A stretch of DNA of 64,000 nt from a virus: positions 1 to 64,000 of the IMG/VR virus record IMGVR_UViG_3300040801_002290, one strand, 5' to 3'. The translations under genes were made by a program, and so were the position numbers. Under the pieces are notes generated by a model. That model was given only the letters and a program-made list of their open reading frames with translations, had not been told where the DNA came from and searched no databases. Shown here one piece after another: positions 43,921 through 51,863 of the stretch (position 1 is its first letter; each line of letters opens with the position of its first letter).

Positions 43921-44731
43921 CTATAATCACGCTCCCTGGTGGGAGTTTCGCGCCTTTGGACAGGGTTACATTCTCGACTGTAGCCTCCAAAGCAATGGTG
44001 TCCTCAATAGATATTCCATCTAGATAGGCATCCATAACAAAGGAACTGGTCACTCTGGAATTTATTACTTCCGTTGTTCCAAGAATGACAGTCCCCGGAG
44101 AGATATAAGAGTTCTCTACTCTAACATTTTTCCCAATGAAGCAAGGTCCACACACTGTAGAATCTCTAGACACATTTTCCGAAAGTATTATCGGATTTCC
44201 GTAAGTCCTGGCAGTAACTCCGACAGATTGTATAGACAGGTTCTCTACTAAATCCTGATTGAGCCTTAAGTAGTTCTCCTCTGTTAAATTGACAAAGTTT
44301 TTAAACCCGTCAAATTCCTCTGGCGCGGCTAGTTCCTGCCCCCTCTTTAGGTATCCACCAATTACTCCCCGATTTGTGAATAGTTTTTCGGGGTTCTGCT
44401 TTAAGTGGGAGATGTCCTGGTCAAAAAAATCTCCCAACATCAAAGAAAAGAGTCCGGTTATAAAAACCAGTTCATAATCTCTTTTCTGAGAAGTCGAGAG
44501 TTGATTTATTACATCGCCAGAATAAAAGCTGAAATTGGAAGAGTTCTCTATATGCGGTTCCCAGGAGGAGGGAAGAAAAATAGTATAATCCTCATCCAGA
44601 ATTATACTATTCCTCACCACGCCTGTGCCTAGAAAAGACAATAGATTAGAGGACAAGAACGGAATCTCAAATTCCGGTCTCTGAAAGAAATTTATTAAAG
44701 CACTGTCTGATTCGTAAATAAAAACCTTCAT
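43904..44731 (-). CDS. degenerate sugar-nucleotidyltransferase-like protein with left-handed beta-helix
   Basis: C-terminal GPCFIGKNVRVENSYI hexapeptide-type repeats. Confidence 0.6.
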   Translation of the reverse strand: MKVFIYESDSALINFFQRPEFEIPFLSSNLLSFLGTGVVRNSIILDEDYTIFLPSSWEPHIENSSNFSFYSGDVINQLSTSQKRDYELVFITGLFSLMLGDFFDQDISHLKQNPEKLFTNRGVIGGYLKRGQELAAPEEFDGFKNFVNLTEENYLRLNQDLVENLSIQSVGVTARTYGNPIILSENVSRDSTVCGPCFIGKNVRVENSYISPGTVILGTTEVINSRVTSSFVMDAYLDGISIEDTIALEATVENVTLSKGAKLPPGSVIIGERKI

Positions 44732-44763
44732 ACTTGTAATTATAACCTATACAAGTCTGGGAG

Positions 44764-45306
44764 TCAATCTATTGAATCATATATTTCCTTTACGTGGCGA
44801 GAAAAGCGACGTTTCTTTAGTGTTTCTCTGTCGTCTTCTTCGAAACCACGAAAGTCATGTATACCGTCCTTCATACCTGACAAGTACTTCTCATTGTTTA
44901 CTAGGTACTTCTCAGGAAGTTTCCTTTCTTCCCCCATTCCAAATTCCCTTAGCAACACAGCTAGAGGTTTGGAATAAATAATTGTTTCGTACCTCTCCGG
45001 AGACAGCACCCTAAACCGGGCTGCCAGATTAAACGCATCTTCCACGGACTCGTATAGCTTGGTCGCATCTTCATCGTCATACATTCGAAAAACAACTTGT
45101 CCTCTGTAATTGGAGAGGTTGGCAATTCCCCGCGAAAGAAAACACCCGAAGAAATAGCCCAGGCTATAGTCGGAGTTTACATATATTCTTAGCCAGGAGT
45201 TTCCATTAATAATAAACCCATCCCTGACTTCCTTGGCCCGCTTAACATAGTGAGCCATGTTTATAGTGAAGCCTTTCTTATCAGAAGTGATAAAGTCTAG
45301 CGCCAT
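44764..45306 (-). CDS. degenerate LAGLIDADG (intein-endonuclease-like) protein
   Basis: LGYFFGCFLSRG and YLSGMKDG resemble LAGLIDADG motifs but lack the first catalytic Asp. Confidence 0.6.
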   Translation of the reverse strand: MALDFITSDKKGFTINMAHYVKRAKEVRDGFIINGNSWLRIYVNSDYSLGYFFGCFLSRGIANLSNYRGQVVFRMYDDEDATKLYESVEDAFNLAARFRVLSPERYETIIYSKPLAVLLREFGMGEERKLPEKYLVNNEKYLSGMKDGIHDFRGFEEDDRETLKKRRFSRHVKEIYDSID

Positions 45307-46300
45307 TCTCTATCACCGTATGGGGAGTAACTTTCAAAAATTCCTTCTTCTGCCAAAACTCTTCAAGGTCGTGAGAGTCGGAATAAGACATCGCGCTGGT
45401 TAATCCGTCTTTCAACTCGGTCATAATATCAGCTATAGTCTTTCCCTCATAAGGTATGAACCCAGAGTCTCCCTCAATGTAGCTTTGTACTCCTTTTTCC
45501 TCAGGGGAAGCCATACCACGGTAGGGCTTATACCACTTACCATCGTGCTTAACTTCTCTCCAAGGTGTTTCTTTAGCGGAGGCAAAAATCTTACCCATCA
45601 TAACTAGGTCAGAGCCGAGAGCTACGGCTTTAACAAAATCAGCTACACTTTTTACTCCACCGTCAGAAATGACAGGTTTTCTAGATAGATTTTTGGTCTC
45701 ATCAATCAACCAAGCCTGTGGCGCACCCACACCGGTAGTGACTCTGGTAGTACACCCAGTTCCGCTGCCAATACCAATCTTAAAAGCTATTTGACCAAGT
45801 AAGTCTCTTCTGAGAACTGCACCCGGATTACCAAAATTTCCCACAATAAGTGTAGGGAGAGGGGTAATATAGTCCCCTCCCCACTGAATATCCCTGATTA
45901 TAGCTCCGTTTGCTATATCAATAGAAACGACAGCCTTCTCTGGAAGAGACATAAGCTCTTCCTTATAGAGTTCAAATTCTGTTAGGCTCACAGCTATTCC
46001 ACACTGAATTCCTAAAGTAGAAAGAGACTGAACTGCCTTTAGCCTATCAGAAAAAGAAGTTGACCTACTAAAAATGTGCAACGAGCCAGCCTCAGCCATC
46101 GCGTTAGCAAAGCTATATACGATTGACCTAGAATTTTCACTCTCGGTGTCAAACAAAGACATGCTAGCGGAAATAGCTGGAAGAGAGAAGTTTAGATAGT
46201 TGTAAAGTTTAGAGGACACATCTACCTCAGTCCTAGACTTAACCGAAGAATAAGCTTTGGGCTTAATAAGAATATCGTCAAAGGTGTAAGTTTCGGTCAT
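45281..46300 (-). CDS. IMP dehydrogenase/GMP reductase family protein (no CBS domains)
   Basis: TFDDILI, IDIANG, KIGIGSGTGCTTR, SDGG, YRGMAS. Confidence 0.92.
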   Translation of the reverse strand: MTETYTFDDILIKPKAYSSVKSRTEVDVSSKLYNYLNFSLPAISASMSLFDTESENSRSIVYSFANAMAEAGSLHIFSRSTSFSDRLKAVQSLSTLGIQCGIAVSLTEFELYKEELMSLPEKAVVSIDIANGAIIRDIQWGGDYITPLPTLIVGNFGNPGAVLRRDLLGQIAFKIGIGSGTGCTTRVTTGVGAPQAWLIDETKNLSRKPVISDGGVKSVADFVKAVALGSDLVMMGKIFASAKETPWREVKHDGKWYKPYRGMASPEEKGVQSYIEGDSGFIPYEGKTIADIMTELKDGLTSAMSYSDSHDLEEFWQKKEFLKVTPHTVIENGARLYHF

Positions 46301-47376
46301 TAGTTTATTTCCTCCCCGGTTTCTCTCTTTGCGTACGCAGGGTTAATGACCTTAAGAAATAGGCGTCTGCCGTCTTTGGTGAACCTCATAGTTTCTGGCC
46401 TGACGACAATACCCTCCTTTATGTGAAGCTCTTTACCGGAAATTTGCTCATTGCCCCTGCACATCTCTTCAAGAATGACATCCTTCAACTTTCCCAGGTG
46501 AAGAATTGGAACCCAAAGCTCCATTAGGTAAGCCGGTATGCTGGGACCTTCTCCTGAGAAGTCAAGACTGTTTCCGCTGTACCTAGCGTCAAATACAATA
46601 AGCTCGGGCTCCTTGAACCCATATGTCCAGTTTCCGCCCTGGACTGGAACTACTTCACCGAAAACCTGTACAGTTTCTACTTCCCCGGTGTAAGACTTTA
46701 TTTCCCTCTGAAAAGCCTTCATTCTCTCTCTAATATCAATCTTATTACCGGCACGCCAGTAAGCGTTTGTATCAGACTCCTTAATCATGAGGTGCTTGTC
46801 GAAAAGACCCTTAGAGGTTACAAAGAAGTCCCCCTGAGAAGTAAGAGTGTACGCCGCCTGAGAGCCGTGAATCTTTTCCGTAATCACTACCCTGTCCTCA
46901 GGTACAAACTCGTCTCTATAAACCGAGAATTGCTCTACATCATGCTTAGAGTAGCTTCCACCAGGAATCGGAGCAACCTGTCCCGCCAACTCAATGGGAA
47001 CAGGAGGCTCGTACTTTGTAACACCAAAAATACCTGAGTAGTCAACGTTTGACTGAACAACCATAGCTGGAGACTTTGGGTTTAACACTGCAAAAGCATC
47101 TCGTGGGTGCATGAGAATACCCATGGACAATTCGCCACGAAGCCTAACGGACTTTACCCTGTTACCTTCTGAACCAGCTAGATAAGCCTGATACTTTTCC
47201 TTTAAAGCCCCGGAAAGAAGGGACTTCTCTGGGATAACAAAAGCTCCTTCTCCTGGTCTGTATTCTCCCTTTCTTACAACAAATTGGTAGTTCCCTGCGC
47301 GAGCAATTTCCAACGAATCCGCGTTTGGGTGTGGAAAAAGCTCAACTTGCCTATAAAATACTCCCCATTCAGCCAT
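46300..47376 (-). CDS. RNA ligase, DRB0094/Rnl2-like with N-terminal OB-type domain
   Basis: HPNADSLE, VKSVRLRGELSMG, TEKIHGS, VFGE, KEGIV, KVIN..Y. Confidence 0.9.
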   Translation of the reverse strand: MAEWGVFYRQVELFPHPNADSLEIARAGNYQFVVRKGEYRPGEGAFVIPEKSLLSGALKEKYQAYLAGSEGNRVKSVRLRGELSMGILMHPRDAFAVLNPKSPAMVVQSNVDYSGIFGVTKYEPPVPIELAGQVAPIPGGSYSKHDVEQFSVYRDEFVPEDRVVITEKIHGSQAAYTLTSQGDFFVTSKGLFDKHLMIKESDTNAYWRAGNKIDIRERMKAFQREIKSYTGEVETVQVFGEVVPVQGGNWTYGFKEPELIVFDARYSGNSLDFSGEGPSIPAYLMELWVPILHLGKLKDVILEEMCRGNEQISGKELHIKEGIVVRPETMRFTKDGRRLFLKVINPAYAKRETGEEIN

Positions 47377-47389
47377 AATCAGTTACCTT

Positions 47390-48313
47390 TCATAGATGCT
47401 TCCAAACTAGCCACTCAAGATGTTCCCATTCAATCTGTTTGTGAGATAGAAGGTGTGACAAGTCTGCTAGTAATTCTTTGTTTCCTTTTCCTGACCTAAT
47501 GTAAACGGACTTAAGGTAGTTATATACACCAATCGTGGTTCCCACTACGTTGGCTTCCTTCTTGACAGATGAGATTGTCTCCAAAGCTGCTTTAATGTCT
47601 CTGTCAAGGAATGCCTTTGGAAGATTCTCATCAACCTCATCGGTAGCTACAGACTTAAGAACGGATTTAAAGATTTCTGAGGAGATAAATCCATCCTCAT
47701 CTGCGGAGGCAACAAGCTTTTCCATAAGAGAATAAACCTGTCTAAGAGAGCCCTCACTCTGGTAGACAACGGACCAAAAGTCAGCCATATTCTCAACTGT
47801 TAGATTGAACTTGGTCATTACCCGCTTTACCGCGATACCAATATCTTCTTTAGTTGCGGCGTCGGTTTCGTAAACAACACACCTACTACGGATGGTTGGA
47901 AGAATTTTCTTGGCTTCCGTAGTAAGAAGAATGAAATAGGTGTTTTCCTTAGCGTCTTCCAGAGTCTTTAGAAGAGCAGACTGAGCCTGCTTACTAAGAC
48001 CATGTACCTCATCAAGAATAAACACTTTATTCTGAGAGAATAGAGAAGACATGTACGCAGAGTCAACGATTTCTCTCATGCGGTCAACCCCGCCGTCGGA
48101 ACCGCAGTCTATCTCGTATACCTCCGCGTCAAGCTCAGAGGCAATAATTTTTGCGATAGTTGTTTTACCTGAGCCGAACTGCCCAGTAATCATAATAGAT
48201 TGACTGAGAGTACCAGACTCAAGTTGCTTCCTTAAAGGACGAACAATGTGTAGGTTTCCTATCACTTCGTCCAGCTTTGTTGGTCTCATAGCTTCTGCTA
48301 GGTTCATAGACAC
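47390..48313 (-). CDS. dnaX: clamp loader, DNA polymerase III gamma/tau-like AAA+
   Basis: RPTKLDEVIG, GQFGSGKTT, ILDEVH, LLKTLE, TIRSRC. Confidence 0.9.
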   Translation of the reverse strand: MSMNLAEAMRPTKLDEVIGNLHIVRPLRKQLESGTLSQSIMITGQFGSGKTTIAKIIASELDAEVYEIDCGSDGGVDRMREIVDSAYMSSLFSQNKVFILDEVHGLSKQAQSALLKTLEDAKENTYFILLTTEAKKILPTIRSRCVVYETDAATKEDIGIAVKRVMTKFNLTVENMADFWSVVYQSEGSLRQVYSLMEKLVASADEDGFISSEIFKSVLKSVATDEVDENLPKAFLDRDIKAALETISSVKKEANVVGTTIGVYNYLKSVYIRSGKGNKELLADLSHLLSHKQIEWEHLEWLVWKHL

Positions 48314-48325
48314 TCCTATGGAGAT

Positions 48326-48357
48326 ATTCTACGACCTATTCATGTGAGAAGTGTGAG
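48326..48357 (-). promoter_or_regulatory. phage TCTCA-class promoter
   Basis: CTCA-N4-TCTCA-N13-TAGAAT. Confidence 0.75.
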
Positions 48358-48744
48358 TTACTTACTGTAGGCGTCTGCCTCGTACCCCTTGGAGTACCAG
48401 TCGTCCCCTGGGTCTGGGATAGTATATTCTCCCAAATCTGGGACTGTAAAGGACCCGGTTTCTCTTTGCTCTGGGGACGGAACGAAGAATGCTCTCACAA
48501 ACTCGCTATTCTCTTTATAAAACTCAAGCCACCACTCTGCTTCTTCTTTGTTGTCAACAGGGTGATACAACCTACCAGGTATGGAAGGGTACCAAAAAAT
48601 AGTGGTCAAATCTATCATTCCGTAGGTTCCAAACTTTCTCTCCCCATCTAATTTTGGGGCTAGAAGTTGTTCCTTGTTCCCATAACGGTATTCTATTCTC
48701 TGTAAAACACCTAGGATAAATGGTCTAGTTTGAGTTTGACTCAC
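48358..48744 (-). CDS. hypothetical protein, paralog A
   Basis: GRLYHPVDNKEEAEWWLEFY. Confidence 0.75.
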   Translation of the reverse strand: MSQTQTRPFILGVLQRIEYRYGNKEQLLAPKLDGERKFGTYGMIDLTTIFWYPSIPGRLYHPVDNKEEAEWWLEFYKENSEFVRAFFVPSPEQRETGSFTVPDLGEYTIPDPGDDWYSKGYEADAYSK

Positions 48745-49040
48745 AATTCACCTACCGGAACAAACCACGCGGAGTCGTAAAGGGCTTTGGGTTCGTAGTG
48801 CCTTGCGACTGTTTTGCTGCGATAAAACTCTAGCCAGTAAGTTGCCTCTTCCGGACTATCTACTGGGTGGTAAAGTCTACCCTGATTTCTTGGTTTTAGA
48901 TTGCTTTGATGCTGAGACTCAAGAGCAAGGCGGTAGGTATAAACGATGGTTCCAAACTCCCCCATTTTTACTTCGCCATCTCTTTTGGGAGCTACTCTAT
49001 GGTCTCTGTCTAAATTGCCAGCAGGGTACTTTCTTATCAT
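48741..49040 (-). CDS. hypothetical protein, paralog B
   Basis: GRLYHPVDSPEEATYWLEFY. Confidence 0.75.
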   Translation of the reverse strand: MIRKYPAGNLDRDHRVAPKRDGEVKMGEFGTIVYTYRLALESQHQSNLKPRNQGRLYHPVDSPEEATYWLEFYRSKTVARHYEPKALYDSAWFVPVGEL

Positions 49041-49234
49041 TTTTTCTTGTACTCTCTATAGATGCCGACTAGTATTGCTACACCGCCGCTTAAGAAAATG
49101 GAAAGGAAGATTGAGGAGATGTAACTGTTGATGAAGCAGTGGAAAACTCCTACGAAAAGTAAAAGGGTACCGAGTACCCAGAAATATATGCTTTGACGAG
49201 TTGACCACCCATATAAGTATTTTAAGAAGCCCAT
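49037..49234 (-). CDS. small membrane protein
   Basis: Two TM segments. Confidence 0.7.
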   Translation of the reverse strand: MGFLKYLYGWSTRQSIYFWVLGTLLLFVGVFHCFINSYISSIFLSIFLSGGVAILVGIYREYKKK

Positions 49235-49314
49235 TGTCTTACCTCCCCAAAAGAAATAGAGCGCCCTCTCGGACGCTCTAATTATAGCATAATTCCTAGG
49301 AATTACTCAGGTGC

Positions 49315-49794
49315 TTACCACCAACCGAAAGGTAGTAGGGGGGCCTGCTGATAGCGAAGACCGATTCCAAAAACAACATCCGGTAGGGTAGTGAATCCAG
49401 CGTAAGTAAGGGGAGCCCTAACTCCTGCGGAGGCTACTAGAGAGAAGTCGTTCTGCTCCTGGGGCACAACTAGGTCGAGCATAAGGCTTCCAGCCATCTG
49501 TCCAAGTACGAAGAATTCGCCGTCATAAACGGGGACGTGAACACGTAGAGAGGTGGTCAAATCGGCTCCGTCCATTTCAAGAACAAGTGCGCGGGCACCA
49601 ACAGAGACTTCTGTATCCCAAGCGAACGGAACAACAGAAACCCCTAGAAGCAACTCGCCTACGGACTCGACGGGAAGACCGTACTCGGCGGTAACTGCAA
49701 CGTCACCCTGGTAAATCCCCCCTACAGTAAAGCTCTGAGCCATACCGAAGGATACTGCTGCAAGAACTAGCAAACTAACAAAAACCTTCTTCAT
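49315..49794 (-). CDS. secreted protein, putative small outer-membrane beta-barrel
   Basis: Signal peptide ending GMA-Q; amphipathic strands ending IGLRY. Confidence 0.6.
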   Translation of the reverse strand: MKKVFVSLLVLAAVSFGMAQSFTVGGIYQGDVAVTAEYGLPVESVGELLLGVSVVPFAWDTEVSVGARALVLEMDGADLTTSLRVHVPVYDGEFFVLGQMAGSLMLDLVVPQEQNDFSLVASAGVRAPLTYAGFTTLPDVVFGIGLRYQQAPLLPFGWW

Positions 49795-49840
49795 ATTTTT
49801 CTCCTATTCTCTTTCGGCACACGGTTTTTGTGCGCCATAA

Positions 49841-50212
49841 TTAGCGAACTTCTATTTCCAATTCTTCTGGGGTGTTCAACTCTACCCCGATTGTAAGTAT
49901 ACCGTCTTCAAGGCTGGCTGTCAAGGTGTTTGGGTTAGAGTTTCTTGGAAGTGAGTACCTGTAGTTAAAGTCTCTACTGTCCTTCTTACCGAAGACTGAG
50001 ACAACCCTATTTACAAGCTTAACAGAGATTTCATCCTTCTTAAACCCAGGAATTTCTAAAGGTAAGGTTGCCTTATCCCCGCTAATTTCCCAGTAGTTCG
50101 TTACTCTGCTATTGCGAGAGTAAGAAGGGATGTCCCAATTAAATAGACTATCAAAGTAGCGGTCGAAGTTGTTTAGGGCATAATTTCTTGGTGAGTATCT
50201 AACTAGTGACAT
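49841..50212 (-). CDS. small heat-shock protein (Hsp20)
   Basis: LEIPGFKKDEI, YSLP, ASLEDGILTI; TTGACA-N18-TATAAT upstream. Confidence 0.92.
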   Translation of the reverse strand: MSLVRYSPRNYALNNFDRYFDSLFNWDIPSYSRNSRVTNYWEISGDKATLPLEIPGFKKDEISVKLVNRVVSVFGKKDSRDFNYRYSLPRNSNPNTLTASLEDGILTIGVELNTPEELEIEVR

Positions 50213-50306
50213 ATTTCCTCCTTAGTGGTTATGACTTGAGTGCCTTAGACTAAGATTTTCTAAGGCGAGTACATTATACTAAAGAGGGAGTTTTCATGTC
50301 AATACC

Positions 50307-50642
50307 CTACTCATCAGAGAAGCCAGACCAACCAACATCCCTTGCCTGAAAAGGCTCTCTGTGAACCAGTATAGGAATTCCATTACGCTCTACTGACTCT
50401 ACAAGGAAATGCCTATTGGAGACAAACCAAACCTCCCCATTGTCATTGACAACAGAAAAATAAGCTTCTGAATTCATCTCCCCATTATCATGGACATCCA
50501 AAACCAGGTAAAGTATGTCTGGGTTTAAAAATGCTTCCTGAGGAGTCGGACCTTCAACTATATCGCTTCCTTTATATGTATTAGGTCTAACCCACAAATC
50601 ATAGTTCATACAAGACTCTTTCTTTGCTGAATAGGAACGCAA
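50307..50642 (-). CDS. hypothetical protein
   Basis: ORF; probable start MNYD. Confidence 0.65.
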   Translation of the reverse strand: MRSYSAKKESCMNYDLWVRPNTYKGSDIVEGPTPQEAFLNPDILYLVLDVHDNGEMNSEAYFSVVNDNGEVWFVSNRHFLVESVERNGIPILVHREPFQARDVGWSGFSDE

Positions 50643-51298
50643 GCCTCCCCGTAGTCCTTAATAAGAGCGTCCATATCGCTTATGGAGATAAAGGCATGTC
50701 CCTTCTTTCCCCAGTGCCTACCCCAACTGTTCTTGATTCTGAAAAGCCCCTTTTCCAGGTCAACACCGTTGATTACGTAAGCGTGTCCACCAGTGTTGGA
50801 GCCAGTTGCACGAATCAAGCCTTCTGCATCAGGATAGAACATGTCCTGCTTCCACCAAGTACCAACGATAACTGGACCTAGGGTTAGAATGGTTTGCGCT
50901 ACTTCGTCAGCGTTACTAGCCCACCTGTACTCTTTAATATGTCCCCACTCCTGCAAGACCTTCGCACCAGCACGTACGCTGGTACCATCGTATAGAGGGG
51001 TGGTACAGTCTCCAGGCCACGGGTCTAGCTTCTGAGCTTCACAATAAAGAACAGAAGTATCTATAGACGGTCTGTTCTTCTTGAAAATACTGGTTAACTG
51101 AGGGCCATCATTTAGCCAGTGAGCCCAAGAAAAAGCAACGCAGTGAGGGGTGTGACCCTGGTCTCCCCACCAACCCTCTGACCACCAAAATCTTTTGGTA
51201 GCGGTGGAGCGTCGAGAGACCAGCATTGGAGTTATGGGGTAAAGGCTGTCTCTGTCGTCCTCAACGTAAAGCCTCCCCATTGAATATTCTCTTGACAT
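50606..51298 (-). CDS. papain-like cysteine peptidase (C1)
   Basis: DQG..PHCVAFS, GGHAY, IKNSWG..WG. Confidence 0.92.
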   Translation of the reverse strand: MSREYSMGRLYVEDDRDSLYPITPMLVSRRSTATKRFWWSEGWWGDQGHTPHCVAFSWAHWLNDGPQLTSIFKKNRPSIDTSVLYCEAQKLDPWPGDCTTPLYDGTSVRAGAKVLQEWGHIKEYRWASNADEVAQTILTLGPVIVGTWWKQDMFYPDAEGLIRATGSNTGGHAYVINGVDLEKGLFRIKNSWGRHWGKKGHAFISISDMDALIKDYGEACVPIQQRKSLV

Positions 51299-51762
51299 TA
51301 TTCACCTCCCTGAGAGGAAAATAGAAATACTCCTGCTGGAATTCCAACTTCGGAGGTTATGGTGTAATTTCCCTCAAAGCTTCCTTCTAGGACTGAGCCC
51401 GTTAAACCAAGGGCAGTAATGTCTTCGCAGAAAACAATTAGGTCTACGCTTGCAGCAGTTTGAGTTCCACCAACAGAGCATGGTGCATCGTTGGTATCAA
51501 AAATCCAGTTTCCAGAAATGCTTCCACTTTCTGTCTGTGGAGCGAGATTCATATTCACTATAATTCTCTGATTTTCTTCATTGCCCGAAGCGTCGGTAAA
51601 GGAAAAGTAAATCGCCCCTACCCAATCTCCTTCTAGGAGGGTGGTCTCAACTACTGGTGGCGGGGGAAAAACTACATCTTCCTCTTCGTCTACCACGTCA
51701 GGTGGCCAACATGCCACCAAAAGAAGTGGTAAAATCGCAATTAAAAACAGCTTTTTTATCAT
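51298..51762 (-). CDS. lipoprotein
   Basis: LLLVAC lipobox, LEGDW.G beta-rich fold. Confidence 0.75.
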   Translation of the reverse strand: MIKKLFLIAILPLLLVACWPPDVVDEEEDVVFPPPPVVETTLLEGDWVGAIYFSFTDASGNEENQRIIVNMNLAPQTESGSISGNWIFDTNDAPCSVGGTQTAASVDLIVFCEDITALGLTGSVLEGSFEGNYTITSEVGIPAGVFLFSSQGGE

Positions 51763-51779
51763 ATGTCTCCTTAAAATAG

Positions 51780-51805
51780 AGGGGCGAAGATATAACTACG
51801 CCCCT
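51780..51805 (-). terminator. terminator after the nrdJ-micropeptide unit
   Basis: AGGGGCG/CGCCCCT hairpin plus T-rich tail. Confidence 0.65.
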
Positions 51806-51810
51806 AATGA

Positions 51811-51852
51811 TTACTTACAACCGCACTTGCAACCGCATCCACATCCACACAT
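51811..51852 (-). CDS. 13-aa Cys-rich micropeptide MCGCGCGCKCGCK
   Basis: AAGGAGG RBS 6 nt upstream, overlapping the nrdJ stop codon; varied Cys and Gly codons. Confidence 0.65.
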   Translation of the reverse strand: MCGCGCGCKCGCK

Positions 51853-51863
51853 AGCTACCCTCC

